From NCBI GenBank assembly GCA_032718475.1, contig JAUCBJ010003673.1:1-64000 (forward strand): 64,000 nt of DNA, written 5' to 3'. A program made the position numbers and the translations under genes. Shown piece after piece: positions 14,896-27,567 of the stretch. The DNA comes from Nemertoderma westbladi. Taxonomy: Eukaryota; Animalia; Xenacoelomorpha. The notes beneath the pieces were generated by a model. It had not been told where the DNA came from, did not search any database, and worked only from the letters and a program-made list of their open reading frames with translations. Position 1 is the stretch's first letter; each line of letters opens with the position of its first letter.

Positions 14896-17800
14896 TTAAT
14901 TTGAATGAATGTTATTTTCGAACTGCAACCACCAAGTTTTTAACTGTGTTTTTCGAGATGATCTTATAGTAATATGGTCGGTTCCTCCCTGACTTCCAGT
15001 CACTACAAACACATTGTTTGGTACGGCGCGATTGATGCTTCCAATGAGACTAAACGGTTGGTCTTCTATGGAAGAGTCGAGACAGTCCACAGGCTGAGGA
15101 GACAAGGTCTCCAACGTGTTTACTGTTGGTGATTTACCTTTCTTTATTTTGGCCTTTTGTTTTAGAGCTTGAAAGCCCCCAGAAAGAGTCCATTTCCTTT
15201 TGTTTTGTGATTTTCCCGTGGGGGTCTCGCTATCTGTAGAAACGGTGAAGACGGGTGACTGAGGTTGGTTCCTATCATCTAGTGTTTCAATCGCTTTAGA
15301 GTTTGTTACTAAATCGTACGCAAATTCGGGACCTTCTTCACGCCCGTGGTCCTCCTCTTCTGGCCTCAGATCGGGGGCCTGGCATGCTGATGTAGAAATA
15401 TTAACCGATTGTATAAAATTAATCGGTCCACTGTGATCGAACGTAGCCATGATCACTAATCTCTCAAATATTGGTATCCCCCCTTGGTTGGGCAGGTGCA
15501 TTCTAACAAGAACCCCTTTATTGGTTCCCAACCAGACATCAGAAAGAATCCTCCTACACGCTGACACATATATGTCGCTGTTGGATCCAATCTTTCCAAG
15601 TTTCTTCCCTTTACTCGATTCAACTTTTAACGCCGCCTGGACTTGATCAACAATACTCATCTCATGAATAAAAACTTTGGATTCTCTGTGATAGAAGCAG
15701 ATCATTGGACTTTTGTGATACGTTATGAGGAACACAGAACCGCAAATGGCAATGTTAGTAACTGAATGGTTCTTCTTCGTTGTCACTTCGCAGTGGGCCG
15801 TCAATGCCATGGTCTTTAGGTTGTAAACGAATAATTGGTGTCCGCATGGTACCCATATCTCTCCTGAAGCTTCTTCAGCACACGTGACAGCGGTGTTCCC
15901 CAGCACTCGTGGTCTTGGGTCAGGGTCTGTAAATGCCCATGCACTGCCAGTATGTCGCTCATATGTAAGTAACGACCCGTCTGCAAACCCAACCAATAAC
16001 CTATCACAAACATAACGCAAAAGCGTTATAGTCTTTCCAAAATTAAACTGATGCAGCATCTTTTCTGACGGTATATCAAACACCAATATTTTTCCACAAA
16101 CTGTGCCTATCAATACTACTGTATCAAAATGCGATGAAGCATATTCAATGCAATGCGGCTGCATTCTATCTGAGATTTTAAATGTTTTCCGCTTGGTGTT
16201 GGGTGAAGAGTTAAATGATAATACACATATACAATAATTATGTTTTCCTTTATGGCAAACAGTCCATAGATCCGATAAAGGTCCGATTGCGTTCACAATA
16301 TTAGGAAATGTGTCCACGGAGTCGCTTTTAACTGGAATTTTATTTGTTTGTACTTCTACACCACACATTGGCATGCCATCCTTTTCAGAATCCATTGAAA
16401 ACTCGTTGATCAAAATAGCAGAACACAGGAGGGAGGTTGGTATGGAAGAATCAATATCTGTCACACAGATCCAATACGGATTCTGCAAATAAGTATGCTT
16501 CAATTGCGCTTTGCATAATTCCTGGCACCAGTGGAGTTTTTTACGGTTGTTTTCGAATTCGAACAAAGGGAAAAATTGATCAGAATCTGGTGTACCGATT
16601 CTGAGCCTCAATCGTTTCCTTGTCGTTTTAGAAATATCTGAAGTGTAGGATTTCAGTGTGTTTCTGATACTCCTTTGAATTGTATCTACAGGTAAATTCA
16701 AATCACCATAAGACCCTCTAAGTGTCTTGACCTTTGACGATATTTCAAATAAAACATTAAAATCATGAATTAAGTCAACACATTCACTCTCATTTGATGT
16801 AGACAGTGAAGATGTGTTAATCTTAACAAGAGAGATATGTGATATTGGAGAATCCCATTTAACTCTGAAACGTGTTTCTTTTTTGTCTTTGATGGAATCA
16901 TCATCAACTTCTTGCACACACATTACTCTATCATTGAATATAATTAATTCTCTAGGGTTTCCCTGCACCACTTCCCCTTTGTCTCCCATTATCAAGTCAG
17001 TTACACTTGATTTATAACAATATTTGCCTGGAAGATCTTTATATTTATCATTAATCAACGGAGTTGTGAAATGCTGGGCCAAACATTTCACTTCATGCAT
17101 TTGTTTCATGCGGCAGCAACTGGCATTCAACTGTTCTGTAAATATTTCTATAACAGTAAGAGAGCGTTGAATGTTTATGTAGTCAGGGTGACCGTTATCA
17201 GTTTGAGATAGCAGCTCCAACACAAATCTAATGTACTCCTGATATCTATGCAATGGTTTAGCTAAGAATAAGGGCAGTTCTGCGTTTTCTGTTTGAGTGC
17301 GTTTTGTCATTAGGGATCCACACAAAGGTTTTTCAGACAATGATTCTAGACCATTTATTAATACAAAAGCCAACCCCATCTTGGCAATGTAATCTTTGTA
17401 GACATTTAATGGAGTGACATTGGCAAACAATAAATGCAAAGCATCACCTATAGATTGACTAGTATCCCACTGAGAGATATGTGTCTGCAAAGTTGAACGA
17501 AGATATTGGTGCCAGGCAATGATAGGGGTCAATTTATCAACAACTGTTTTTATATCATTTAAATTCAACTTATCAGAAATGTGAATATCAAATTTTTTAA
17601 TTTTTTCTAAGGCTTGGACGTAAACATTCTCATCATTTATAAACCGCCTGACTATTTCTCGACGTTTGGCTTCATTTTGTGATATTTTTACCGGCAATGG
17701 AGGTAATTCCAGAATTACATCCATAATAGACTCCACACTTTCATAAGGGGTTTCTAAAACCGATTCTTGGGTAACAAGACTTCCAAAACTAGACAGCTGG

Positions 17801-18921
17801 GGTTCTATTGGATAATTGTAAATGGGAGCTAACTCATCTCCTTGCCAGCGTGGTGATTCTTTATCTTTACAAACAGCAATTTTATATTTCGCAGAAACAA
17901 TGTCTGATCTCTCTAAGTTCTTTATCAACGATGCCGATAATGTTTTACGAACATCATTAGAGACTCCAGCCTTGCATTGTGCAATAATTTCATTTACTTT
18001 CTTTGCATTTTCAAACGGATCATTAGATATATCACTGTGCTGCGCATTAAGAAGATTGTTTAATCTTGGGGGTTTCATTGGTGGTGTTCCTTTCAAAGCC
18101 TTGCTGACTGGGACTTGACTTCCAACTTCTATTTCTTCATAAAAATCCTCAGTGTTGTCCTGAATTTTATAATTATCTGGTTTTTGAAATTGTCGTGTTG
18201 GTAAAGATGGTAATGGCAGCGATCGCCTAAGTGGATCTTTAGATATAAATGCATTAGCCTGCAGTCCACCTTGGAGTGGTGGTTGGATGCTTAGTTCATC
18301 ATCAGTGTGCACTTCCAGAGTTTGGTAATTCTCGCTAACTGGTCGAGTAGCATCACGGTTTGATCGATCCTCATCACTTTCGATAGAATCGTAATCCTGT
18401 AACATAAAACGTTGGATTTGCTCGTTAGTATTGATTTCTTTTCCAGATTCACTCATTGTTAAACTATTTAATACTGGACAACTTGTTCGATTTAAGGTAG
18501 TAGAGAGTGAATTACTGTCTCCCTCTAGACTAGGAAAATATAAAAATCCCGGCATGTTCTCGTCTTCAATGCTTCTCTGTATGTTTATCGCATCCATGAG
18601 CGCTGCTGTCGGTTGTGAACTTTTGTCTGTATTTGAGTTACAAAAATACACATTGAATTCATTATTGTTTGATGTTAATAATAAGTCATCATTTTGTTTA
18701 TTCGCCATTGAAATCACAACAAAATCATCCATCGTTGAACACAACAAATCAGTTTCTGTCGAGTCAACCTGGTCACTGAAATAAGCATGTTGACTGCTGC
18801 GATTCGTATTACCCACTTCAGGGTCATTAAATACAACAACAAACCCATCCTCTTCTGCAGTTTGCAGCAATCCACGTAGACCATTATAACTTACACCGGC
18901 CTGGTGAAGATCAAAAGCCAT
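14896..18921 (-). CDS. Rho guanine nucleotide exchange factor, ARHGEF10/ARHGEF17-like (DH-PH plus C-terminal beta-propeller), single-exon ORF
   Basis: 1341-aa ORF. DH motifs KRREIVRRFINDENVYVQALEKI and LAKPLHRYQEYIRFVLELLSQTDNGHPDY, a PH-like RELIIFNDRVMC, and WD-like strands LLVGFADGSL and VWLGTNKG. Confidence 0.85.
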   Translation of the reverse strand: MAFDLHQAGVSYNGLRGLLQTAEEDGFVVVFNDPEVGNTNRSSQHAYFSDQVDSTETDLLCSTMDDFVVISMANKQNDDLLLTSNNNEFNVYFCNSNTDKSSQPTAALMDAINIQRSIEDENMPGFLYFPSLEGDSNSLSTTLNRTSCPVLNSLTMSESGKEINTNEQIQRFMLQDYDSIESDEDRSNRDATRPVSENYQTLEVHTDDELSIQPPLQGGLQANAFISKDPLRRSLPLPSLPTRQFQKPDNYKIQDNTEDFYEEIEVGSQVPVSKALKGTPPMKPPRLNNLLNAQHSDISNDPFENAKKVNEIIAQCKAGVSNDVRKTLSASLIKNLERSDIVSAKYKIAVCKDKESPRWQGDELAPIYNYPIEPQLSSFGSLVTQESVLETPYESVESIMDVILELPPLPVKISQNEAKRREIVRRFINDENVYVQALEKIKKFDIHISDKLNLNDIKTVVDKLTPIIAWHQYLRSTLQTHISQWDTSQSIGDALHLLFANVTPLNVYKDYIAKMGLAFVLINGLESLSEKPLCGSLMTKRTQTENAELPLFLAKPLHRYQEYIRFVLELLSQTDNGHPDYINIQRSLTVIEIFTEQLNASCCRMKQMHEVKCLAQHFTTPLINDKYKDLPGKYCYKSSVTDLIMGDKGEVVQGNPRELIIFNDRVMCVQEVDDDSIKDKKETRFRVKWDSPISHISLVKINTSSLSTSNESECVDLIHDFNVLFEISSKVKTLRGSYGDLNLPVDTIQRSIRNTLKSYTSDISKTTRKRLRLRIGTPDSDQFFPLFEFENNRKKLHWCQELCKAQLKHTYLQNPYWICVTDIDSSIPTSLLCSAILINEFSMDSEKDGMPMCGVEVQTNKIPVKSDSVDTFPNIVNAIGPLSDLWTVCHKGKHNYCICVLSFNSSPNTKRKTFKISDRMQPHCIEYASSHFDTVVLIGTVCGKILVFDIPSEKMLHQFNFGKTITLLRYVCDRLLVGFADGSLLTYERHTGSAWAFTDPDPRPRVLGNTAVTCAEEASGEIWVPCGHQLFVYNLKTMALTAHCEVTTKKNHSVTNIAICGSVFLITYHKSPMICFYHRESKVFIHEMSIVDQVQAALKVESSKGKKLGKIGSNSDIYVSACRRILSDVWLGTNKGVLVRMHLPNQGGIPIFERLVIMATFDHSGPINFIQSVNISTSACQAPDLRPEEEDHGREEGPEFAYDLVTNSKAIETLDDRNQPQSPVFTVSTDSETPTGKSQNKRKWTLSGGFQALKQKAKIKKGKSPTVNTLETLSPQPVDCLDSSIEDQPFSLIGSINRAVPNNVFVVTGSQGGTDHITIRSSRKTQLKTWWLQFENNIHSN

Positions 18922-19353
18922 TTTTCAATTAGTAATAGTAGATCATTTATGTAGACAAATACAGTATATAGATATAACAGTTACCGGTACATACTACTAC
19001 TTCACAATTAAAAATTTATTTATTAATTAAATTAAATACATACCGGTGCATCCTAGAGTGCAATTAATTTTAATTAATTTTTAATTAATTTTAATTAATT
19101 TTAATTAATTAAAAGAGTTGCACTTTTTTCCCTAGGGAAAAAAGTAACCCATAGGATTGCATTGATTTTTACTTTTTTTTCCCCGAGAAAAAAGTAAAAT
19201 AATAATAATAAATATTGGTGGAAAATATGAAAATAGGAAGTAAAAAGGAAAAATATGGAGGTGGAATTTCTTCAATATTATTATATAAATTATAAGTAAT
19301 TAAACAGGACTAAGGATGATCCAACTCTATAGCAAATGGAGCGGAAAAAATGA

Positions 19354-19425
19354 CGCCACCAGCGGGGATCGAACCCGCGTCTCCCGATAAACGTTCGGGT
19401 ATGCTAACAACTACACCACGGAGGC
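19354..19425 (-). ncRNA. tRNA-like element, copy 1 (pseudo-tRNA or SINE head)
   Basis: Same cloverleaf as copy 2, with D-loop changes; followed by TTTTTT. Confidence 0.5.
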
Positions 19426-19665
19426 TCCTGCATCTTTCCGATTGATTTGCTATAGGTGGTAAGCTACCTTACGGTTGCTATTGAATACAGTCCTCCTTAC
19501 AGATGGATTTAATCTGTATTCTAATACAGTAGCAGTTATGACCTGTACTGCAAACGAATGTTATTGTATATGTGTTTAACATCCATAGATTGTATAAATT
19601 ATAATTAATTAAACAGGACTAAGGATGATCCAACTCTATAGCAAATGGAGCGGAAAAAATGAATT

Positions 19666-19737
19666 CGCCACCAGCGGGGATCGAACCCGCGTCTCCCGAT
19701 AAACGTTCGGGTATGCTAACCGCTACACCACGGAGGC
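19666..19737 (-). ncRNA. tRNA-like element, copy 2 (GTT at anticodon position, atypical loop)
   Basis: GCCTCCG/TGGTGGC acceptor stem, CCCGA-ACGTTTA-TCGGG anticodon arm, GCGGG-TTCGATC-CCCGC T arm, and a T6 run 6 nt downstream. Confidence 0.55.
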
Positions 19738-20344
19738 TCCTGCATCTTTCCGATTGATTTGCTATAGGTGGTAAGCTACCTTGCGGTTGCTATTGAATAC
19801 AGTCCTCCTTACGGATGGATTTAATCTGAATTCTAATACAGTAGCAGTTATGACCTGTACTGCAAACGAATGTTATTGTATATGTGTTTAACATCCATAG
19901 ATTGTATAAATTATAAGTAATTAAACAGGACTAAGGATGATCCAACTCTATAGCAAATGGAGCGGAAAAAATGAATTCGCCACCAGCGGGGATCGAACCC
20001 GCGTCTCCCGATATATTCATTTATTATATAAATGTGTTGAAAGAACATCGACGTAGAAAAGCTTTGCACGTAGTTTGAGAAAAATCCATTCACACACTCA
20101 AAAGTTATGGTAAATTTAGTGTCTGCTCGGCGTACTCCAAAACGGAACTCAATATTCAATATTAGTTTATATTGTTAAGCGGCTCTCTTGTTACGTAATA
20201 AATATTCGAGAACATATAAATGACTTAACATTGAGATTGAGTAAGGCAGCATCAGGAGTTGAAGGGTACAGTAATTTAAATTGTAGTAACTATGGAAGCA
20301 ATAAAGTAAAATAATTATAGTTCAATTTATTTTATAACACTATA

Positions 20345-20495
20345 ACGCTGTACGTTTTATTAAAGAATTAAGCAACAAAAATGTACCAATTTAAGAAAAA
20401 AATTACGTATTATATGGGAAAAAACGTATAACAATTTTGTTTCAATATTCTCTTGACCCTTAACCTCGCTGACGCTCGGTAAATAAAATGCCTCG
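20345..20495 (+). mobile_element. Dispersed repeat fragment, same family as 50870-51030 (inverted)
   Basis: AATATTCTCTTGACCCTTAACCTCGCTGACGCTCGGTAAATAAAAT matches the reverse complement of the sequence near 50875-50925. Confidence 0.6.
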
Positions 20496-22134
20496 TAAAT
20501 AATGATTTAAATAATATGAAACTGATTGAATGCATATGCTAACATTTCTAATTCAACCTTCTTCAACGTTGAACTATTTGGAAATAATCACTTCAGCACT
20601 TTACTAAATGACTAATGCAGTGTATTGTACATTAAATTATAAATTATTCAGCCTATATGGAATAGTATTAATTCTAATTGCAAATCCAAACAATTTTATA
20701 TTTGAACCAATGTATGTGGCCAACTGCAAACTGCAGTTGTTGCACAGGCCAACATAATGTACCCCTCTCACTCCCTCAACCAGCTGATATAGTTGTAACA
20801 AGCTATTTATAGTAGCCAATGGAAGTGCAATTCGACGCAAGTAATTCTCCTTCCTTCCTTTATTGGTTGCTAAACATTCAGTAATAATCCTTCTTGCCTT
20901 GCTGCTGGCCTGGCACCTGCCATAATTAAATCAGATAGGTACCTAGTAGGCCTACGGTAACTGAGTAACACTTTTTATTATTTTTGCTCTGTTTATCATT
21001 CAGGTTACAGGCTTAAGACTACAGGACTAACTGACAAGGTTTTCCACACCAGTTTATTTTGACTTTTTGCTGTTTTGCATTTTGAGCAAGTTCTGAAGTT
21101 CAGAAGTTAGCCAGCAGCCAGGCCAGCTGCATAGCATGTATCAGTGTATTGCTGTATTTAGGTATTGCCTGATTGCAGTATTGTGTATTGTTTGACTGTT
21201 GTTTGTCAGCATGTACAGATGTCAGGATGTACAGATGTAGTACTGCAGTACTAGTACTGATCAAGCTCTGACTGTCTGAAGCTGATGTAGCTGTATGACT
21301 CGTACGCCCACTCTACACTCCCACCCGCACCCACTCCTGCACCCGGCTGCCCGGGCGCCACGCCTCACTGCCTCACGCCACGCCACACCCCACCCAGCCT
21401 CAATCAGTCAATTGCTGAATTGAATTTAATGACATATAGGCCTAACAACCAGACAACAATCAGACAATTATCGGTAAAATGGTATGACTGCAAATTTAAA
21501 AAAGAGCCTGCCCAGCCATGTCAGCATGTTGTACAGTCAGACAGTTGTATCACCACTGGGATCCTGACTGTAATACTTACAGGTTTGAGTGCAGGTCTGC
21601 GGCGCGCTCTTGCACAGTCAGAAATGCGGCGCGGCGCGATTTTACGCAAATAGCTGAATAGATCGTGGCGCGACAAATTACAACAAAAAGGGGGCGGTGC
21701 AGCATTGATGTCAGATGTAGCAGTCTGGCAGTAGCACCGCAGCGCTGTACCAGCTGACCACAACCACACAACATCACCACAGCACACAGGCACAGCGCTA
21801 TCCAGCCATAATGGCCTGGCCGTCCATGTGAAGATTACCAGGTTTTCACTTTTTGATCTAGCGGTAATTTGTAATTGTTATGGAAATTATTGAAATTTTT
21901 TAAATTTCTTCTTATTACTGTATTAAGTAGGCCTATTTTATAGCACATATTTCTATCTTATATTGTATCATGTAAATAAACAGATACCGGTACTAATTCA
22001 TTCATTGTTTTGGTTAGATAAAGCCCTTCTGTCTGTCTGTATCGTTAACATTCAAACATTCATTCAGCCCTTCCCTTCCACATCCTTCCACATTGTAAGG
22101 AAAATATATTATTTACAGAAAATGTATATTCCAC

Positions 22135-22432
22135 CTTGGTGCTTGGTGTAGTGGTTGCATTTAATTCACATCTACTGTAGGTCGTGGGTTCGATCCTCAC
22201 ATGGGCCAGGGCAGTTTTCGTTTCGGCACGAATGATTTAAAACGGACCAGCCCAGCAGACCAGCCAGGGGCATCTTTCTGCCTTGCATCCTTTAGTGGTA
22301 GCTAAATGAGTACTAGAGTTTCCTCTGGGGAGTAAAGTTCTGGGGGGACCGCACTGGAAATAAGTCGTCAGACTTTGTGCGTAATGTAATCCCTGGCCTA
22401 GCGCAGCGGCCGAAGAAAATTTACTTTACTTT
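22135..22432 (+). mobile_element. tRNA-derived SINE with Deu/Nin-like core
   Basis: TGGTGTAGTGG A-box, GGTTCGATCC B-box, GCCTTGCATCCTTTAGTGGTAGCTAAATGAGTAC core and (TTTAC)n tail. A second copy lies inverted at about 60153-60315. Confidence 0.8.
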
Positions 22433-22567
22433 GTTAGAAAAAGTTTCGATTTTCAAACAAAATTAAATAATACCTACTGTATTATTTGCAATTTGAATGT
22501 GTAACTCCTTTGACTCTAATATCACCACATTCTCCATTCTGCCATTCAGAAGGGGGGGGGGGGGGGG

Positions 22568-23668
22568 GTTCACCCCCAGTCTTTTTTTCATCATATTTTT
22601 TTTTAATGTGTTTTCCGATGTGAAATTTTATGGTAATTCCGAATCAGAAATCAGTTTTTCGATAAGGTATTTTGTTCTCGAGTTATGGCAACTTTTGTAA
22701 TTTTCACACAAAATTTCAAATTTTTAAATTTTGGTGCAGCACCACATTTGACACCAAAAAAGACCATCAAACACCCATAAATGTGCAAATATTTTGCCAT
22801 TTTCGGGATCAGCGCCTAAATTTAGCCTATAGGTATCAAAACCACAAAAGTAGATTATATTTGAAAAAATTTTCACTTTTGGTGCATGTTTGGTCAGTTG
22901 TTATCAGGATGAGATTTAAATGTCATTTTTCTCGCATTGGCTTTTTTGGGACACTTTCTCTATCTACTTTTTAACTACTCAACGGATTTTCGTTCTGTTT
23001 GCAGAATTATGTAGAGGAATGTTCCCCGCAAAAATTGTATAGACAGAATTTTGAAATTTTGCTTCAAAAAAAAAGTTATAGCATTTTTCGTTTAAAAAGT
23101 ACCGAAAAGTCGAAAAAATCCAAAATTTAGCGATTTTTTACACAAAAAATGCTATAACTTTTTTTTTAAAAAAAATTTCAAAATTCTGTCTATTCAATTT
23201 TTGTGGCGAATATTCCTCTACATAATTCTGCAAACAGAACGAAAATCCGCTGAGTAGTTAAAAAGTAGATAGAGAAAAGGTCCTAAAAAAAGCCAATGCG
23301 AGAAAAATGACATTTAAATTTCATCTTTATTACAACCTGTTGACCAAACATGCACCAAAAGTGAAAATTTTTTCAAATTTTTCAAATATAATCTACTTTT
23401 GTGGTTGTGATAATTTTCAGCGCTGATTCCGAAAATGGCAAAATATTTTCACATTTATGGGTGTTTCATGGTCTTTTTTGGTGTCAAATGTGGTGCTGCA
23501 CCATAATTAATAAATTTCAAATTTTGTGTGACAATTACAAAAGTTGCCATAACTCGAGAACAAAATACCTTATCGAAAAACTGATTTCAGATTCGGAATC
23601 ACCATAAAATTTTACATCGGAAAACACATTAAAAAAAATAAGATGAAAAAAAAAGACTGGGGGTGAAC
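22568..23668. mobile_element. 1.1-kb palindromic foldback/MITE
   Basis: GTTCACCCCCAGTCTTTT ... AAAAGACTGGGGGTGAAC. Arms of about 540 bp are alignable throughout, with a short spacer near 23100-23130. No TSD seen. Confidence 0.85.
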
Positions 23669-23986
23669 TGCTCAGTAGCTGCCTAGTTCATCTACACAGC
23701 AGCACAGGCCAGGAATAGAGTACTACATCTAGGCCTACAATCTAAATCCACTTATATTATAAATTCTGAAATTTATTCAAAAATAAATTCGTAATTCTAA
23801 TTATTTTAAAATTTAGTTTATATAAATTGCGCCCCGTACCGTATACAACTTAGAACTTACCATCCACCATCCAGAGCACTCTTGTAGTTACTGGTGGTCA
23901 CTGATTGAAAGCTGAAGTTACATTTTCATTGTATCAAATTGTATTACTCACCTAATCGGATCAATAATAATCGAAATAATTTAGAT

Positions 23987-24970
23987 ATGACTACCGGAGG
24001 GAGCCCATCGCCTTCTATCGCGACAAAAGATTTATCAACAAACTCCGTCGCCACGGAAACAGACTCGCAAACATCCAACGATTACATACAGGATTTGCAA
24101 CAATGGCTAAGTAAATATTACCAATGGAGCACAATGTGGTACCTACCACCCCCACAGCCGTACCCCATGCCGTACGCCGCCGTCATCCCCCCGGGTGCAT
24201 GGGGTGCCCCTCCCTACGCCCAGGCCGCCGCTCCACCACCAGGCCAACCCTACGCCCAGGGTGCGTGGCCAGCGCCCCCTACAACCCCACAGACCCGAGC
24301 TACGCAGCACACGGCCAACCTACCGCTAACACTTACCGGAATAAGTCGAGATTCTTTAGAGTACAAAGTCCCCTCGATATGGAAACGAGTTGGCGCCGAA
24401 GTTATAGATTGTTTGATTTTATTTATACTCAAGTCTACGTTTACTATAATAGTGATGGGATGGTGGTTGGGGTTCGAGGCTGCATCCAGTCAATCCTGGG
24501 CCGACATTTTGGAGAAAGCCTTCAACGTCATCAACGATGACGTCAAAGGGACGGAGGATTTGAGCGATGTTGATGTGAGCGAGTTAGAATTTATAACCTT
24601 TATGGTTCTTGCGTACAGACTGGTTGTCTGCTTCTACGAGGTTTGTTTCCTCGCGCAGGGCATCTGCTACATGGGGGGCGCCACACCGGGCAAGTGGTTG
24701 TTCGGTCTACGTGTCGTCCAGTGTGCCCGAGTTCAGCCCTTGGGCGGGGACAGAGTGGCTGTGTTCGACGGGGCGGATATAGGATTCGCTAACTCTATGA
24801 TTCGTTCGCTCATTAAGAACGTTAGTTTCGCCTTTATGATTCCGATAGCTTTCACCGCTGTTATTAACCCCAACCATCGCGCCACCTACGATATCGCCAG
24901 CCATTCTATAGTTGTTTGTGGCCGCGAATATCGGAAGGACGACGTCCGTAGACTCCGACTGGCAGCGTAA
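23987..24970 (+). CDS. FAM8A1: FAM8A1-like RDD-domain membrane protein (ERAD-associated), single-exon ORF
   Basis: YIQDLQQWL N-terminal motif, YKVPSIWKRVGAEVIDCLILFILK, GGATPGKWLFGLRVV and RATYDIASHSIVV. The first ATG in the 23939 ORF frame is at 23987. Confidence 0.88.
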   Translation: MTTGGSPSPSIATKDLSTNSVATETDSQTSNDYIQDLQQWLSKYYQWSTMWYLPPPQPYPMPYAAVIPPGAWGAPPYAQAAAPPPGQPYAQGAWPAPPTTPQTRATQHTANLPLTLTGISRDSLEYKVPSIWKRVGAEVIDCLILFILKSTFTIIVMGWWLGFEAASSQSWADILEKAFNVINDDVKGTEDLSDVDVSELEFITFMVLAYRLVVCFYEVCFLAQGICYMGGATPGKWLFGLRVVQCARVQPLGGDRVAVFDGADIGFANSMIRSLIKNVSFAFMIPIAFTAVINPNHRATYDIASHSIVVCGREYRKDDVRRLRLAA

Positions 24971-27254
24971 CTGTTTGCAGTAAGTTGAGTCCTGCTGGAC
25001 TCATTGGACATTCTTGAATTTATGTTTTACATATTTATTATGTTGCGAGGAATTTGTGCATATATCTAATTATATATAATCGCTTAAAAAGCAATTAATT
25101 ATTTTTCAGATTTCAAATATGTCCTGTGATTTAGTGTTAAGGAACCTCATAAAGCGAGTGAAGGCGAAACATCGGTTACACAACGAATTAGTCGCGTGTA
25201 CTTATATTTGTTTCCCAATAATAAACTTAGCAGAAGTTGATAGCTAAATAAGTGAACTATTAATAACGTGGAGATTAAAGTGGCTTTATTTCCCGATGAC
25301 CACGAGATACAATTTCGAGCGGTTTTGAATGTACTCCATAAGGGTATCGTTACCGAAGAAGGTTACCGTAGTGTAACGGATCGTTACCGTAGTGTTTTAT
25401 ACAACAGAGTTTCCTACGCCGTTGCACCCAGTAAACCCACCCAGTATCCAGTGCACCCAGTATCGGTAGGTGTATTCCCTATCCTTACAATACTAGGAAC
25501 CCCTCTTGATTTAGCGGCTTTGATTGGTTATTGAGGTGCACGTTGTTTAGACTTTGAAATCATCATGATGAGAGACAAACTCTACTTCCAGGTAGTGCAG
25601 TACCGGTGGACCTTGGATATGTGAGGGTTCTCATGATACAAATATGTCTAAATACCTGAAATACAACAAATTATGTTTACTGACAGTTGATGTGGCTAGA
25701 AGGCATTATTAGTACACAGAACAGGAAATTAAGTGAGCTGTTGTTGTTTTGTCTGTAATGGATGGATGAATCATGTTCTCGCATAACCTAATGTTGTCCC
25801 AAAACCTAATGTTGGAAAAGTTAGTCTAAAATTCCTAAAGAAGAGTTGTCGGTTTTATATTGAATTGTATAAACTCCAGCGATTTAAAAGCATAGGCCTG
25901 TATCCATAGATTTTTTAACCTGTAGACTCCTTTCCTTATTCAGAGTAAATACTACTACTATCGGAATGCTGCATTGCAGCTGCATTAATATATTACATAT
26001 ATGAATACTGCTGTGCCGGAATGTCAGAGTAAATGGTCACGTATAATGTGATTATTATGACTATTACATGACATTAATTCCTTGATTAATACCATTTAAT
26101 ATTAACACCACATAATAACATACTATTTATCTGTCGCCAATTATTTACTTCTTAATATTTGTGTATAAATTCTAAATTGTTCTTTTTGGTGGAGTGAATT
26201 GTGAATTTTGTATATATTGGTGCCGAGAAGACCTAATAAATGTGTTTGTATCATAATGATATAATTATTTGCAATCAAATTTCGCCATTTTTATAATAAC
26301 TAAACTATTTACATCATTGTGTGTAGGGATGTCCCGGAATCGATATTTTGATTCCGGCCGGAACCGGAATTCAACATGCCGGAATATTCCGGCCGGAACC
26401 GGAATTTTCTATAATTAGTGAAATACACTAAATGACCCAAGAAACTTTATAATTTTTTGTGAAACAAATGAATTTTTTTAATTTCTAAAGCTAAGTTTGA
26501 TAATGAGAGGAATCAAAACCTTGGGGGGAATTAAAGTGGGTGGAGTGTAGAGTGGCCTGGGCCGTAATGGGACGGGATGGTACTTCGGCATTGAACGACA
26601 GGGAATTCAATAAAAAATTTTTCTAAAATCTATAACTTTGGCCAAAAGTTAGGTTATTAGCATTTAGACTCATACCTAAAAACCTACGTTAAACAAAAAC
26701 CTATGGTTTCGCGTCATTAGGTCCTTTGGTGCAATATCCTGGTGTCTTTAAGGGAAAGGAGCATGTTACAGTGACATGTTATTCGAACCAAAACAATAAA
26801 CGAGGCCAATAGTACAGTTTAATTATTGCTGGGAATAAATAGATTTATGGTAAGAAATAGCTTTGCTGTAAATAAATTATACTATATTATGCAGCACCTT
26901 CGACGCAGAACTGAACTAAAGACCACTCGCAGGACCTGTACGTATTGTAATAACGTTTATATTAGATTTAGGTTAGAGTAGTAATTGTAATTGTGTAATA
27001 TTGTATTTGTAACCAAGTAACATAAAGGACCCCCATGGAAATAAGCTGCAAATCTTTAGGGGTCATCCTATATGTTACGTTGGACAATACCAAACATAAT
27101 ATTATCATATTATTTAATAATAAATTCAAAGTAAAATAATATAAAATCAATGTAAAATAATGTAAAAATCAATGTAAAATATTGTAAGATCAATCTAAAA
27201 AACGTCATTTTATAAGCAAATTGTAAAAAGCAAATTGGAAAAACCACTATTTAA

Positions 27255-27567
27255 GGCCCGTGCTCCACTGGTAAGTCTTATGTAGGTAGTCTTAGTCAGA
27301 ATAAATTATGGAACACATTGGTTTCAATGTTAGCGTCTCCAATGGTAAATCGTAAGTTACGACTGTGATTATGTCCCATGTTCCATCTTTTGACACATGA
27401 CTCATGTGTTATATCCGGCAAGATGCCTGTGATTGGTTACTTTGCGTATAAATATGCAGTAAATGTGAGATGCATCTTATATTTTTTATCAAATGACTTA
27501 TGACTTGTGTTACCAATGGAGCAATGAGGCATTCATTTTGACATTCTGACCAGTGGGGCACGGGCCT
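27255..27567. mobile_element. PIF/Harbinger-like MITE nested in the hAT element
   Basis: TIRs GGCCCGTGCTCCACTGG and CCAGTGGGGCACGGGCC, flanked by TAA and TAT. Confidence 0.65.

Larger units (their letters stand above)
19285..20012. repeat. About 310-bp tandem repeat (2.3 copies) containing a tRNA-like gene
   Basis: AAACAGGACTAAGG recurs at 19302, 19611 and 19923 (periods 309 and 312); units are nearly identical. Confidence 0.92.

Noticed and set aside
25125-25180. Possible Penelope-type minimal hammerhead (CTCATAAAGC...GCGAAAC)
   Set aside because: The core deviates from CUGANGA and flanking stems are not convincing.
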